In this document: positions 49,419-60,035 of the stretch, piece after piece
Layout: every line of letters starts with the position of its first letter
How positions within the stretch are numbered: the stretch's first letter is position 1
Assembly: GCA_963668315.1 (NCBI GenBank)
Contig: OY764216.1
Span: forward strand, 5,056,001-5,120,000
Origin: Spirochaetia bacterium
GTDB lineage: Bacteria; Spirochaetota; Spirochaetia; DSM-2461
Reading direction: 5' to 3'
DNA length: 64,000 nucleotides
Program-made: the position numbers and the translations under genes
Notes under the pieces: generated by a model
What the model saw: the letters and a program-made list of their open reading frames with translations, nothing else
Databases searched by the model: none
What the model was told of the DNA's origin: nothing

Positions 49419-51029
49419 CTATTCCTTCTTGAATATCCGATAATCAAGATCGGGAAAGATATTATTCCTTTTTTCCAACCGGGTAAGCCATTCCGTTTTT
49501 ACACAATTACAGCAGAGGGTTTCATAGATATAGTTAAAATTGTTGATATGGTTTTTAACCCTCTTAATGGCGTAGGGAACCGTTGTTCCCGTCTTCATAA
49601 TAAACGGCCAGTCCGAAGCCTGAGCCAGAAGCACTTCCCTGGCGGCCTGATCAAGAGTCCTTTTTTTAAGGCCTGTCTCATTAGGATATCTCTCCACCAG
49701 TTCGCTCATGCGCTCAATAAGCTTATGGGAATGGCGGTATATCCAATCGTTGCTTCCGTCAAGCCAGACCTGTCCGTACCCCTGTTCACCCCAGCTCGAA
49801 TAGGCGGGAGTAGTTCTCTGGTTGATAGGATAGGCGGACAGGTAATCGGAGGGAGTGACAAGATTCAACTCGCCCTTTGTCCCATGGATGCCGCGGATAA
49901 CTTCCTCGAGAAAACGGGGCCCCTCGAACCACCAGTGGCCGAACAGTTCGACATCGAAGGGAGCCAGGATAAGAGGAGCCCTGTCCATAAGGCCCTCCAG
50001 GGTTTCCGCCTGGCGCAGTCTGTTTTCCACGAAGGTCTGGGCGTCTTTCTTCACCTGTTCCTCCGCCAGATCGGGATAGTACAGATGCTTGTTTTCAAGG
50101 CTTTTCTTTCCGGAAATAGCATAGTACTTAAAACCGGTATTCACGGCAAAAGAACCGTCTCCGACAAATCTGCCGATATAGTCAAGGGGCAGGTCAAAGC
50201 CGATATCCCTGTAAAAGTCACGGTAAACAGGATTTCCCGGAAACCCTTCTTCAGCGGACCAGATGGACTGGGAGGCTGCCCGGTCCCGACCGAAAACGGC
50301 GACACCGTTCTTGCACTCTATGGGGCTATATAAACCGTACTTGGGACGCTCATCGGCATAGAGAATGCCATGGGCCGATGAAATAAAATATTTAATACCC
50401 ATAGGCTCAAGATACTCTTCAAGGCCCGGTGAATAACCGCATTCGGGGAGCCAGAAACCGCTGGGTGTTTCGGAAAAGACCGATCGGTGAAAATCAATGG
50501 CCGTATTGATCTGAGCCCTCATATTCTGGGGGTATTCCTGATAATGGGGCAGGAAGCAGTGTGTTGCGGCGGTTGTAATGATCTCCAGGTAACCCTTCTG
50601 CTGCCATTCGGCGAGGGGGGTCAGAAGATCCCGGTTATACACACCTGTATATTCTTCGTAGCAAAGAGTATAGGCTTTATGATACATCTCGGCCAGACGG
50701 AATTCGTCGTAAACCGAAGCGGTACGTTTCTTCTCTTCCTCGGCCAGCTGAATAAGTTTCTCGAGCCGTTCGATATAGCGGTCGGATAGCAGCTTATCGT
50801 TCAGCATACTGCCCAGGGTAGGAGAAACACTCAGAGTGATACGGAAGGGGATCCCGTCTCTCTCCAGATTTTTAAAAAGGCGCAGTATGGGGAGATAGGT
50901 TTCGGACAGAGCCTCGAAAAACCAGTTTTCCTCAAGAAACCAATCGTACTCGGGATGCCTTACAAAGGGCAGGTGAGCATGGAGGACCAGGGCAATCCCC
51001 GCTTTTCCGTTCAGGCTGTTCCTTTTCAT
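49419..51029 (-). CDS. GH57 1,4-alpha-glucan branching enzyme (DUF1957)
   Basis: LHAHLPFVRHP, ETYLP, GFWLPEC, D.ELFGHWWFEG, AQASDW. Confidence 0.92.
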   Translation of the reverse strand: MKRNSLNGKAGIALVLHAHLPFVRHPEYDWFLEENWFFEALSETYLPILRLFKNLERDGIPFRITLSVSPTLGSMLNDKLLSDRYIERLEKLIQLAEEEKKRTASVYDEFRLAEMYHKAYTLCYEEYTGVYNRDLLTPLAEWQQKGYLEIITTAATHCFLPHYQEYPQNMRAQINTAIDFHRSVFSETPSGFWLPECGYSPGLEEYLEPMGIKYFISSAHGILYADERPKYGLYSPIECKNGVAVFGRDRAASQSIWSAEEGFPGNPVYRDFYRDIGFDLPLDYIGRFVGDGSFAVNTGFKYYAISGKKSLENKHLYYPDLAEEQVKKDAQTFVENRLRQAETLEGLMDRAPLILAPFDVELFGHWWFEGPRFLEEVIRGIHGTKGELNLVTPSDYLSAYPINQRTTPAYSSWGEQGYGQVWLDGSNDWIYRHSHKLIERMSELVERYPNETGLKKRTLDQAAREVLLAQASDWPFIMKTGTTVPYAIKRVKNHINNFNYIYETLCCNCVKTEWLTRLEKRNNIFPDLDYRIFKKE

Positions 51030-51766
51030 TCGCTCTCCTCCTCTTCAATGGAGAAGGGAAAGATTCTGTGGGGTATATTGATCTCCGCCTCTTTCCCGGG
51101 AAAACTGCCGAAGTCGGTGGAAAACCCTGACAACTGGATGAGAAGATCCCTGTTGTCCTGTGCTTCCCCCTTGCGGTCGACCACATGTTCTCTGGATGTC
51201 TTGATGCAGTTGGAGCGGACTATGACCGACTCCCTCTCACCGATAGTCACACGTAATTCCGCCCGGTACCAGGTATCGCAATCGGAAAGATTTATATACC
51301 TTCTCCTGTCTCCGAACTGAATGGGAATATCAAAATACTCCTGGGCTTCACCCATTTCATCCCGGGGGGATTCCAGTTGATAGATACGGATGTAAATGCT
51401 TTCGAAATCGTCTCGTTCCTCTATACTTTCACGGGTTTTTTCTTCCACGTCCCAATAGAGGAATCCCCAGGAGGGGTCACGGGGCATAAAGATCATTTTC
51501 GTCTCATTATACCTTTCGGGAAGAGTCAGATCTTCATCATAATCTATACAGAGTTCTTCCATAAGATAGGTGTTGAATTTCTGTGCTTCCATCTTCATGG
51601 CCATATTGTGGAGGGAATTTTTCTCTTCCTGATCCTCTTCCATGGCATCTAGGATCCACTCGATGAGCTGTTCCCTATCCGAATCGGGATAAAAGGATAC
51701 GTTTCCCTGTCTGGCTACTTCCTGCAGCTTATCAAGGGACAGGGTTCTGAGCCGTTCTTCTATCAT
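51026..51766 (-). CDS. DUF4912 domain protein
   Basis: LPERYNET....PRDP.W...YWD pattern; typical partner of GH57 branching enzymes; TTGACA-17-TAGGAT promoter at 51818-51846. Confidence 0.85.
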   Translation of the reverse strand: MIEERLRTLSLDKLQEVARQGNVSFYPDSDREQLIEWILDAMEEDQEEKNSLHNMAMKMEAQKFNTYLMEELCIDYDEDLTLPERYNETKMIFMPRDPSWGFLYWDVEEKTRESIEERDDFESIYIRIYQLESPRDEMGEAQEYFDIPIQFGDRRRYINLSDCDTWYRAELRVTIGERESVIVRSNCIKTSREHVVDRKGEAQDNRDLLIQLSGFSTDFGSFPGKEAEINIPHRIFPFSIEEEESE

Positions 51767-51878
51767 AAAATACGATACCCCTAAGATTCCAAAGGATCTC
51801 AATTTTTCATTAAAAATATCCTAGAGATTCCCACATCTATTGTCAAGGGGTAGCTAAAACCATCCCCTCTCCCAAAAG

Positions 51879-52748
51879 TTACAGAATTAACGGATCTCCG
51901 GACTTTATTTCCGGTTTATATACAAGAATCATCACGACATCGCCCCAGTTTCCCTTTTTGGCAGCCCGGTCCATTCCCCTTTTCAAAGGGGGGGGAAGTG
52001 AGCCGGCCGGAGCCCCTCCCCAGGTTTTCCAGGGCCCCGGGGAAAACCCTTCACTCTGAAACAGCTTTTTCAGGAGGGGAGCGGAAAAAAGGACCAGATG
52101 ATCGGCGATAGCAGACCGCCATGAGCCACCCCGGACAAGGGCCTGAAAGGAACGGGTATTGGGGGTCACACAGAGGAAAGCCCCTCCGGGAATAAGGAGA
52201 CGGTAAACCTCCCGGACAAAAGACCGGGGATCATTCAAATGCTCAATAACATGGGAAGCATGGATGAATGAGTAAGAGCCTTCAACGAGACCGGCGTCCT
52301 CCAGGGGGACCTGATGGACAATCAGTCCCCTCGAACGGGCCCTCTCCGCTGAGGCGGAACAGATTTCCAGACCTTCCGCCCGCCAGTTCCGTCCTGAAAG
52401 CCAGCCGATCAAAGCACCCGTGGCGCAGCCGATATCCAGGGCGGGGCCCTTACTCCTCAGACTGTCCTCCCACTGATCAAAACCGGCATCCTTAAGGCCC
52501 AGCTTCATCAGTTCCAGGAAGGATTCTTCATTATCCATTTCATAGCTGCAATACTCCCCGTCATACCTCAAATGAGCATGATGAGGAAGGATCTGAGGAT
52601 TTTGATAGATACATCCGCAACGGGAACAACGGACAAAACGAAAGGTACCGCAGTCCCATTTAGGACGAAATGATTTTTCACCGCAGAGAGGACAGGGAAT
52701 CAGCCTTGCCTCCTCACCTGCCCCAGGTTCAGATGAATAGGTTTTCAA
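51879..52748 (-). CDS. Class I SAM-dependent methyltransferase with an N-terminal zinc ribbon
   Basis: CPLC...CSRC, LDIGCATG, HVIEHLNDP, TPN; TTG start inferred. Confidence 0.88.
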   Translation of the reverse strand: MKTYSSEPGAGEEARLIPCPLCGEKSFRPKWDCGTFRFVRCSRCGCIYQNPQILPHHAHLRYDGEYCSYEMDNEESFLELMKLGLKDAGFDQWEDSLRSKGPALDIGCATGALIGWLSGRNWRAEGLEICSASAERARSRGLIVHQVPLEDAGLVEGSYSFIHASHVIEHLNDPRSFVREVYRLLIPGGAFLCVTPNTRSFQALVRGGSWRSAIADHLVLFSAPLLKKLFQSEGFSPGPWKTWGGAPAGSLPPPLKRGMDRAAKKGNWGDVVMILVYKPEIKSGDPLIL

Positions 52749-52749
52749 A

Positions 52750-53574
52750 TCAGTTCCTGTTGAGGGCAAAGGAGCGGAGGGTCCTGTTACTCTGATAATC
52801 GGAAAGCTCCACTTCAATGAGCCCCCGGCCCTGATTGATAACGATCTCCCCGCCGTCAAGATACCCTTCCTCCGTGAAGAAGCTATCGGCCGGACGTCTG
52901 TCATTACCAACGAAATAGATCTGCCCGTCCCGGCTGACCAGGGAATCCAGTGACAGGGAAAAGTGGACCTGTCCCAGGTAGCGGATTTTGACGCTATGGG
53001 GGAAAAAATCCACTCCGCTATTATCCATTCTGTCCGATATTTTCAAAAGCAGGTGATAGGAACCGGCCGCCAGGGACGTCGTGTCCGCAAGAGAAAAAAC
53101 CTGTCCGTTTTTTTCCAGGAGCACCTCTTCCACCACAGGTTTTATACGATCGTTTTCCACGGAAAACATAAAAAAAGGATTAACCCACTGATTAAGAGTG
53201 CTGTCTCTGACGGCGAATTCCAGTCCCTGGGGGGCGGTCCCCAGCTGATCGCCTTCCTTCAGATAAGAACGGTTCTCCAGATTATTTTCCGGAATAATTC
53301 CGCTGTAACAGGAGCGGAATCCCCCGTCATGCTGCAGTACAACCATCCCTTCCGATCCCGGAGGGCCGTAACCCTCGTCAGCCATAAAGATGAGTTCCCC
53401 GTCGTTATATGCCCCTACCCGGTCATTCTCTCCCTTCAGGCAGATACCATTCTCCACGACTTCATCTTCAATCTTGCCGAATCCATGGATTAGTTCGGGT
53501 TTACCCATGGGCCACTGAATAGAGAATAGTGAGAAGGGGCAGAGAATCAGGAGAAATAGAAACCATCTTGCCAT
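52750..53574 (-). CDS. Exported protein with a degenerate M23/LytM-like domain
   Basis: Signal peptide, QWP, VVLQHDGGFRSCY, KEGDQLG, WVNP; zinc-ligand His residues absent. Confidence 0.65.
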   Translation of the reverse strand: MARWFLFLLILCPFSLFSIQWPMGKPELIHGFGKIEDEVVENGICLKGENDRVGAYNDGELIFMADEGYGPPGSEGMVVLQHDGGFRSCYSGIIPENNLENRSYLKEGDQLGTAPQGLEFAVRDSTLNQWVNPFFMFSVENDRIKPVVEEVLLEKNGQVFSLADTTSLAAGSYHLLLKISDRMDNSGVDFFPHSVKIRYLGQVHFSLSLDSLVSRDGQIYFVGNDRRPADSFFTEEGYLDGGEIVINQGRGLIEVELSDYQSNRTLRSFALNRN

Positions 53575-54635
53575 CAGTAGAACTCCCTCCTTAGCACATA
53601 AGCACCCTCTTCCCCCGTAAGGAGGATCCTATCGCCCCGTACATCCAGTGAATAGGGCCGGTCGTTGTAACGGTTTACCAGAATCCTTTCTCCCTCCTTG
53701 GTATAAAGGGAGAGGACGCCGTGTCCGTCCGTTTCCGACTGAAACAGGAGAGTTCCGTCCCGGGGAATCGATCTCCCGTCGCGAAATTCACCCTGAAGGG
53801 AAAACTCAGTGAGCACCGGATTCCCCGGAGTGAAACAAAGCCCTTTGTCCCCCCCCTCTATTATCAGGTGTGAGGAGTCGTTAAAAATCAGCTTAAGGGG
53901 CTTACGAAAACTTCTGGCAAGATTTTCATGGTATACGGGGCGGAAACCGTTCTCTTTTCTTTCGATAAGAATGAACCTCTGGGGATCTATGCCGGAAACC
54001 ACGGCCAGGCGCTCTCCGGAAGGGGAAAGGGCAATTCCGTATATGGCATTGATCCGGCTGCCGCCGGGACTCCACCTGTAGAGCAGTTTTCCCTCCTCTC
54101 CCAGGAGAATAATCTCCCCGTTCAGTAATCCCGCGGCGGTAATCCCGCTCTGATTATCCAGACAGGTTATGACGGATGGCATGTAGTATTCCCATAACGT
54201 CCGGCCTGCCGTATCAATTTCCCGGATATACCCCAGGGAATAATCGGTGAGAAATATATGCTCCCCTGAAAAAACCGGAACAAGAGAACTGTCTATCTCT
54301 GTTGAAAAAACACCTGTTTTTGATACGAGGCGAAGTGCCTCGCCCCGGTCCTCTATGTAAAAACGTTCGGAGACCCTTGAACGACCGCCCCCCGGAAGCC
54401 GGTTAAAGGAGGCATTTTCTTCATCGTAATACCCCATCGCGCCGAAACTCCTGAACGGCCAGTTACCCGTAATCTCTTTATCGGGAACACTTTCCTCAAC
54501 CAGGGAGGCCCCTCTTTCGGGGACGAGAACATATTCCTCTTTAACGGTAAAGGGAAACAAGAAAAAGTAGAGAACAAAAAAAACTAACAGCACCGGCAAG
54601 AGATATCCGCTTTTACTCATAAAAAACTTTACCAA
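53574..54635 (-). CDS. Membrane-anchored beta-propeller-like hypothetical protein
   Basis: N-terminal TM; IYGIALSPSGERLAVVSG; start codon uncertain. Confidence 0.7.
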   Translation of the reverse strand: MVKFFMSKSGYLLPVLLVFFVLYFFLFPFTVKEEYVLVPERGASLVEESVPDKEITGNWPFRSFGAMGYYDEENASFNRLPGGGRSRVSERFYIEDRGEALRLVSKTGVFSTEIDSSLVPVFSGEHIFLTDYSLGYIREIDTAGRTLWEYYMPSVITCLDNQSGITAAGLLNGEIILLGEEGKLLYRWSPGGSRINAIYGIALSPSGERLAVVSGIDPQRFILIERKENGFRPVYHENLARSFRKPLKLIFNDSSHLIIEGGDKGLCFTPGNPVLTEFSLQGEFRDGRSIPRDGTLLFQSETDGHGVLSLYTKEGERILVNRYNDRPYSLDVRGDRILLTGEEGAYVLRREFY

Positions 54636-54701
54636 CCCTCATCTAAAGTGTATCCTATACGAACAGCCTCAAGAGGTCAAATGTTTTTTGGGAGAAGAGA
54701 T

Positions 54702-55100
54702 TTGGAACTTACCGAATTATTGAAAGAAGCGGAAAAAATCAGTAAACGCGCCTACGCCCCCTATTCGCATTTTCCCGTGGGAGCAGCTCTTCTTGGGGAA
54801 AACGGACAAATTTATTACGGGGTGAACGTGGAAAACCGTTCTTTCGGGCTGACCAACTGCGCCGAGAGGACAGCCCTCTTTTCCGCCTTGACCGACGGCA
54901 TAACCCGCTTCAGGGGAATTGCCATTTTTGCCCCCGCCGGGGAAAACCCCACCAGTCCCTGCGGCGCCTGCCGGCAGGTACTTTCGGAATTCGTATCTTC
55001 CGACTTTCCCGTCATATTCGGCAACAGGGAAGACAATTACATTATTACCACCATGGGGGAACTCCTGCCCCATGACGGACTGTACGAGCTGAAAAAATAA
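54702..55100 (+). CDS. cdd: Cytidine deaminase
   Basis: AYAPYSHFPVGAA, NVEN, CAER, PCGACRQ; TTG start after GGAG inferred. Confidence 0.95.
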   Translation: MELTELLKEAEKISKRAYAPYSHFPVGAALLGENGQIYYGVNVENRSFGLTNCAERTALFSALTDGITRFRGIAIFAPAGENPTSPCGACRQVLSEFVSSDFPVIFGNREDNYIITTMGELLPHDGLYELKK

Positions 55101-55117
55101 AAGGGGACGATTGTCCC

Positions 55118-55957
55118 CTATTTTTCTGTCTTGCGGGTTCCCAGCCGGGCCGCCCTGGCATCCTGTTCCACCCTCTTCATATCCTGATTCAGCTTCACCA
55201 GCCAGACATCGCGTTTCTTCTTCATGGCTTCCGCCTGCTCCGGCTTTCCGAGAAGGCTGTAAATTCTTCTGAGCGCCCCCAGATAGTCCAGAGCTTTTTT
55301 ATAATCATCCAGCCGCCGGGTGGAAAGTTCGTATTTTTTCCTGTACTCCTCCGCCGAACGCTGAAGCAGTTCATTGGTCATGTCCATGTGGAAGATCCGC
55401 TCCTTATAGCCTTCTACCCGGGGATCAAGACCGGCAACAAAATGCTTCATGTCCAGACAGTTCTTAGAGATGGTGGCCATCCGGCCCTCAAGTTCGACAA
55501 AAGACCATTTCCATTTGGAGTTGGCACCGAATCCCTCTTCGATGGAGTCGATGGCAAAGCCGAGTTTCCTTATGAGAGCGAACCTGTCCTTTTCCTGAAA
55601 GGCGGTGACTTCCGAAAGCTGCTCTTCATAATCACTGAAAGGCACATCCAGATAGGACGAAAATACCTCTTCCAGATAGATAATGGCTTTATAGCAGGCT
55701 TTACGGGCGTCATTGAGGGCATTCTCATTCTTCACGCCCAGAAGATTCTGGGACAGCTTATTAATAATGAGAAAATAGGAGACGATATCCAGATTCTCAT
55801 TGGCGAGGCGAATTCTCTTATAGGCGGCCCCTTTTTCGTCCGCCTTCATCAGGGCCAGAACTTTCTTCTCATTTTCAAGGAGGCGCTGAGTAATGCGTCT
55901 GTACTCTTTTATCCTTTCAAAGTATTTCTGTTTCGCCCGCTCATTTACTTTGGCCAC
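55118..55957 (-). CDS. Hypothetical helical protein
   Basis: Directly downstream of recN with a GGAG RBS; coding-like composition. Confidence 0.8.
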   Translation of the reverse strand: MAKVNERAKQKYFERIKEYRRITQRLLENEKKVLALMKADEKGAAYKRIRLANENLDIVSYFLIINKLSQNLLGVKNENALNDARKACYKAIIYLEEVFSSYLDVPFSDYEEQLSEVTAFQEKDRFALIRKLGFAIDSIEEGFGANSKWKWSFVELEGRMATISKNCLDMKHFVAGLDPRVEGYKERIFHMDMTNELLQRSAEEYRKKYELSTRRLDDYKKALDYLGALRRIYSLLGKPEQAEAMKKKRDVWLVKLNQDMKRVEQDARAARLGTRKTEK

Positions 55958-55959
55958 GG

Positions 55960-57657
55960 CTAAAAGACTCCTCCGGGAGAATTCTGGCGGAGTAATTCTT
56001 CCGCATGGGCCAGTGAGGTTTCCCGGCGGCTGTCACCGGCCAGCATTCTCGCCACTTCTTCCTTCCTTTTCTCGCCGGAGACCTGAGTCACCAGCGTCTG
56101 GGTTCTGTCTCCGGAGGATTTTTTCTCAATCCTGATATGATTATCGGCAAAAGAAGCGATGGAGGCAAGGTGAGTTATGGTGAAAATTTGCTTATCCTGG
56201 GCTAATTTCCGGAAATGGCGGCCGATGGAAAGGGCGACTTCACCTCCGATACCCGTATCGATTTCGTCAAAAACCAGCGTTTCGATAATATCCTGGGCGG
56301 CGAAAACCGATTTTAAAGCCAGCATGACCCTGCTGATTTCTCCCCCGGAGGCAACCGATTTCAAAGGTTTCAGAGATTCACCCCTGTTGGCCGAGAGGAG
56401 GAACTCTATGGAATCGATGCCGTAGGGCCCGCAGAGTGAAACGCCCCCTTCGGTCTGTTTCCTGTTCAGTTCAATAACAAAGCGTCCCGATTCCATTCCC
56501 AGCTCTCTCAGATTGGACTCGATTTTCATCTGCAGCTTCTCGGCTGTCACCCGTCTTTTTTCTGACAGCTGCCGGGCGAGAAGAGAGAGGTTCTTCTCCA
56601 TTTCGGTCTTTTTTTTGATCAGCGTCTCTTTACCGCCGTCTCCCCCGTCAAGAAGCTCCAGCTGTTCACGGCAGCTCTTCCCGTAGGCATTAATCTCTTC
56701 GATGGTCGAACCGTATTTCTTCTTGAGCTGATGGATCAGGAGCAGCCTCTCATCGGCCTGTTCCTGCTCCTCCGGGCTGAAGTCGATCCGATCCATTCCC
56801 TGCCGGAGAGTCTCGTAAATATCTTCCAGTTCCAGGGAGGCGCTTTCGAATCTCTCGAAAAGCCCGCGGCCCCCGTCCCCCAGAACAGGGGAGAGTTTCT
56901 CCACGGAGCGGAGAGCCTCTTCCAGGGAACCGATGACTCCGGCTCCTCCCGTCATAAGCCGGGTAAGCATTTCCCAGCTACGCATCAGCTCTTCCTGATG
57001 GGAAAGGAGTTCAACCCGGGCGTTCAGCTCCTCCTCCTCCCCTTCCCGGAGGTCGGCCGCTTCAATCTCATCGGCAGCATAGCGGGCGAATTCCGCCTCC
57101 TTCTCCCGTGTTTCTTTATCTTCGTCCAGTTTTTCCAGCCGTTCACGCAGTTCGGAGAGTTCCCGGAACCGGAGGGTAAGGGTGTCCGTTTCCTTTTCCA
57201 GATTCCCGTATCTGTCCAGCAGCTTGCGGTGATTTTCCAGTACAAAGAGAGACTGATGCTCATGCTGGCTGTGCATATCAAAAAGCATGGCTCCCAGCTC
57301 CTGGAGCGCGGATAGATTGATAGGCTGGGACTGAACGTAAATAGTTCCCCTTCCCGACCGCTTAATCGTACGGCGGATAAGCAGGGTCTGCTCCTCCGGC
57401 TCGATGCCGTAGCGCTCGTACCAGTCGGCCAGCTCGGGAATATCCCTTACGGGAAGTATCCCCGAAACACGGGCTTCCTCTTCGCCCTCACGTATCAGAT
57501 TTTTATCGGCGGGGGCTCCCAGGAGGAGAGAAAGGGAGCCGACCAGGATGGATTTTCCCGCACCGGTCTCTCCGGTCAGGACATTCAGTCCCTTGCCGAA
57601 GCGTATTTCCACTTTCTCTATGAGAGCCACATTCTCTATAACCAGTTCCTCAAGCAT
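55960..57657 (-). CDS. recN: DNA repair protein RecN
   Basis: TGETGAGKS, coiled coil, ASGGEISR, FDEIDTGIGG, ITHL. Confidence 0.96.
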   Translation of the reverse strand: MLEELVIENVALIEKVEIRFGKGLNVLTGETGAGKSILVGSLSLLLGAPADKNLIREGEEEARVSGILPVRDIPELADWYERYGIEPEEQTLLIRRTIKRSGRGTIYVQSQPINLSALQELGAMLFDMHSQHEHQSLFVLENHRKLLDRYGNLEKETDTLTLRFRELSELRERLEKLDEDKETREKEAEFARYAADEIEAADLREGEEEELNARVELLSHQEELMRSWEMLTRLMTGGAGVIGSLEEALRSVEKLSPVLGDGGRGLFERFESASLELEDIYETLRQGMDRIDFSPEEQEQADERLLLIHQLKKKYGSTIEEINAYGKSCREQLELLDGGDGGKETLIKKKTEMEKNLSLLARQLSEKRRVTAEKLQMKIESNLRELGMESGRFVIELNRKQTEGGVSLCGPYGIDSIEFLLSANRGESLKPLKSVASGGEISRVMLALKSVFAAQDIIETLVFDEIDTGIGGEVALSIGRHFRKLAQDKQIFTITHLASIASFADNHIRIEKKSSGDRTQTLVTQVSGEKRKEEVARMLAGDSRRETSLAHAEELLRQNSPGGVF

Positions 57658-58510
57658 CGGGACCTCCCGCCCAGCCCAGCTTTGTCTGGACCACATCAAG
57701 AAACGACCGTCTGCGCGACGTAATGACTGGAACAAATTTGTCCGTGGGGACGGAAACTATCCGGTCTCCCGGCTGCAGGGGAGTCACGACCTGGCCGTCT
57801 ATAGTCAAAAGCAGAGATTTCTGGCGGTTTTCCCCCACTTTTACGGCGATTTTTTCATTTTTGCCCAAAACGATGGGCCGGTAATTCAAAGAGAAAGGAC
57901 AGATGGGTGTCAGGATCATGGCTTCCATCTCAGGATGGAGGATGGGGCCCCCCGCAGCCATGGAGTAGGCTGTGGAGCCCGTCGGCGTGGCCAGGATAAG
58001 CCCGTCACCACGGAAATCGGCCAGGACACGGCCGTCCACTTCCAGAACAAGATGAATCATTCGGGAGATCATACCGCACGACACGACCGCATCATTGACA
58101 CCAATATGGCGGGCGACTTCCTCGTCATTTCTGTAAACGACGGCCTGAAGAACGGAACGGCGGCTGATTTTATAGTCCCCGTCAAGACAGCGGGGGAGAG
58201 CGGATGTCCACTCGTTTCCGGAAATTTCCGTGATATATCCGAAGGTACCCATATGTATGGGGAGGATGGGGACATTCAGTTCGAGGAGCAGCCGGGCCGT
58301 ATAAAGGAAAGTTCCGTCACCCCCCAGGGAAACGGCCAGATCCCATTTCAGGGTCCTGTCAAAATCGGCATCGCCGTAACAGAGTCTCCTGTTTTCCACC
58401 CCTCTGCTCTGCAGATAGGCTGAAACATCACGGGCCAGTTTCTCAGCCCTCTCGTCGTGGTTTTTATAGACAATAAGTACGCGGTTAACCGGATTGTGAT
58501 CGTTGGCCAT
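57650..58510 (-). CDS. nadK: NAD kinase
   Basis: LGGDGT, GTFGY, ND, GDGLILATPTGSTAYSMAAGGP. Confidence 0.95.
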   Translation of the reverse strand: MANDHNPVNRVLIVYKNHDERAEKLARDVSAYLQSRGVENRRLCYGDADFDRTLKWDLAVSLGGDGTFLYTARLLLELNVPILPIHMGTFGYITEISGNEWTSALPRCLDGDYKISRRSVLQAVVYRNDEEVARHIGVNDAVVSCGMISRMIHLVLEVDGRVLADFRGDGLILATPTGSTAYSMAAGGPILHPEMEAMILTPICPFSLNYRPIVLGKNEKIAVKVGENRQKSLLLTIDGQVVTPLQPGDRIVSVPTDKFVPVITSRRRSFLDVVQTKLGWAGGPDA

Positions 58511-58530
58511 GCAAGAGTAGAGTACCGTTC

Positions 58531-59553
58531 TCAGGGCAATGTGGTCAAGACCCTGCTGATAAGCTCGCCGTTCTTCTGCCCCATCATGGGATAGAGGGGA
58601 AACAGGAGAGTCCCCATGGCCAGACGGGAAGCAACAGGGCATTCAGAGCGGTCTTCAAGGAAATCGATACAGGTACCGGCGAAGGCCATGGCCGTCTCCA
58701 CACCCTTCTTACGGGCGTAGGCGCGGATATCCTTCATGCTGTCCTTCAGATAAAGGGGAAAGGAGTACCAGGCGGGATTCTCCCCGTCGGCGGATTTCAG
58801 GGGATGATGACGACCCCTTGATGCGGAGCGGATAAACAGCTCGGCCAGCTGCCTTCTCTTTTCCAGGAACCCCTCCAGCTGCGACCACTGTACAAGCCCC
58901 AGAGAACCGTTCATATCGGGCAGGAAGGATTCGGCGCAGAGGGATTCCTCATTCTCCTTCAAAAGAGCCAGTTCTTCATCGGAACGTGCCAGAAGAAGAG
59001 TTCCCCCCCCCGATGTGATGATATGGTGAAACTCCATCCCCAGAAGGACATACTTCCCCGTATTTCCGGCCAGGGTCTCGTCGCTCTGCGCTCCCAGGGA
59101 CTGGCTGATATCCTCCACCATGGGAAGACCGAATTCAGCCAGTTCTTCCATGGGCTGAAGAAATCCCATGGGATGAACGGCGAAAATAGCCTTGGGTTCC
59201 CTGTCCATCAGGGCGGCGACCCTTTTCGGATCCATGGTCCCCGATGCTTCATCCACATCGGCATAAAGGGGAACGATGCCCTTTTCATCAAAGACCCGGG
59301 CATAAACCTGGGGAGCCAGGGGAGAGATGATGATCCGGTCGCCCCGTTCCAGCCCCAGAACGTCCAGGAGGCAGGAGAGCGCGCGGGGAAATTCGCGGAG
59401 GGCGCAGCCCCCGGCGGTTCCCAGGCTTTCGGAGATTTGCCGGATAAGCTCATCCGCCAGGGCGGAGGGGCCTATCTGATCGGATACGAGGCATGTGAGC
59501 ACCGAATCCATATCTTTTCGTTTAATAGTCGGTTTAAAAAGAGGAATAGACAT
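58531..59553 (-). CDS. DegT/DnrJ/EryC1/StrS aminotransferase-like protein (degenerate)
   Basis: KAIFAVH, VEDISQSLG, ITSGGG, LFPLYP; PLP lysine appears absent. Confidence 0.78.
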   Translation of the reverse strand: MSIPLFKPTIKRKDMDSVLTCLVSDQIGPSALADELIRQISESLGTAGGCALREFPRALSCLLDVLGLERGDRIIISPLAPQVYARVFDEKGIVPLYADVDEASGTMDPKRVAALMDREPKAIFAVHPMGFLQPMEELAEFGLPMVEDISQSLGAQSDETLAGNTGKYVLLGMEFHHIITSGGGTLLLARSDEELALLKENEESLCAESFLPDMNGSLGLVQWSQLEGFLEKRRQLAELFIRSASRGRHHPLKSADGENPAWYSFPLYLKDSMKDIRAYARKKGVETAMAFAGTCIDFLEDRSECPVASRLAMGTLLFPLYPMMGQKNGELISRVLTTLP

Positions 59554-60035
59554 TATGTGAGAGAGGAGATCTGCCTTAATTCGTCCGGGTTAAAGAGCCG
59601 GTTGATATCCAGTAAAATCAGATAGCTGCCGTCCTCTTCCTGCTGCACTACACCGGTGATATACTCCGTACCTATACCGGAAACCATCTGCGGCGGGGGC
59701 TGGATGGCATCGGCTTCGATATTCATAACCCGGAGGACTTTATCAATGATGATGCCCACATGGGTTCCCTGTAGATTCAGGATGATGAAACCGGAGAGCA
59801 GTTTTTCCTCTTCGCTCAACTCGGCCCGGCTGATATGAAACCTCTTATGAAGATTAATGATGGGGATAATGTTACCCCTGAGGTTGAAAATACCTTCCAC
59901 ATATGAGGGGGCGTTGGGTATGGGACGGACGTCTTCTATTCCGTAGATCTCTTTAACGTCCATAATATTGATACCGTAACTTTCCTTGCCAAGCTGAAAA
60001 GTTACCATTTGAAGTCTCGTATCCAATTCACCCAT
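59553..60035 (-). CDS. cheW: Chemotaxis protein CheW
   Basis: VTFQLGKESYGI, VEGIFNLRGNIIPIINL, GIIIDKV. Confidence 0.94.
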   Translation of the reverse strand: MGELDTRLQMVTFQLGKESYGINIMDVKEIYGIEDVRPIPNAPSYVEGIFNLRGNIIPIINLHKRFHISRAELSEEEKLLSGFIILNLQGTHVGIIIDKVLRVMNIEADAIQPPPQMVSGIGTEYITGVVQQEEDGSYLILLDINRLFNPDELRQISSLT

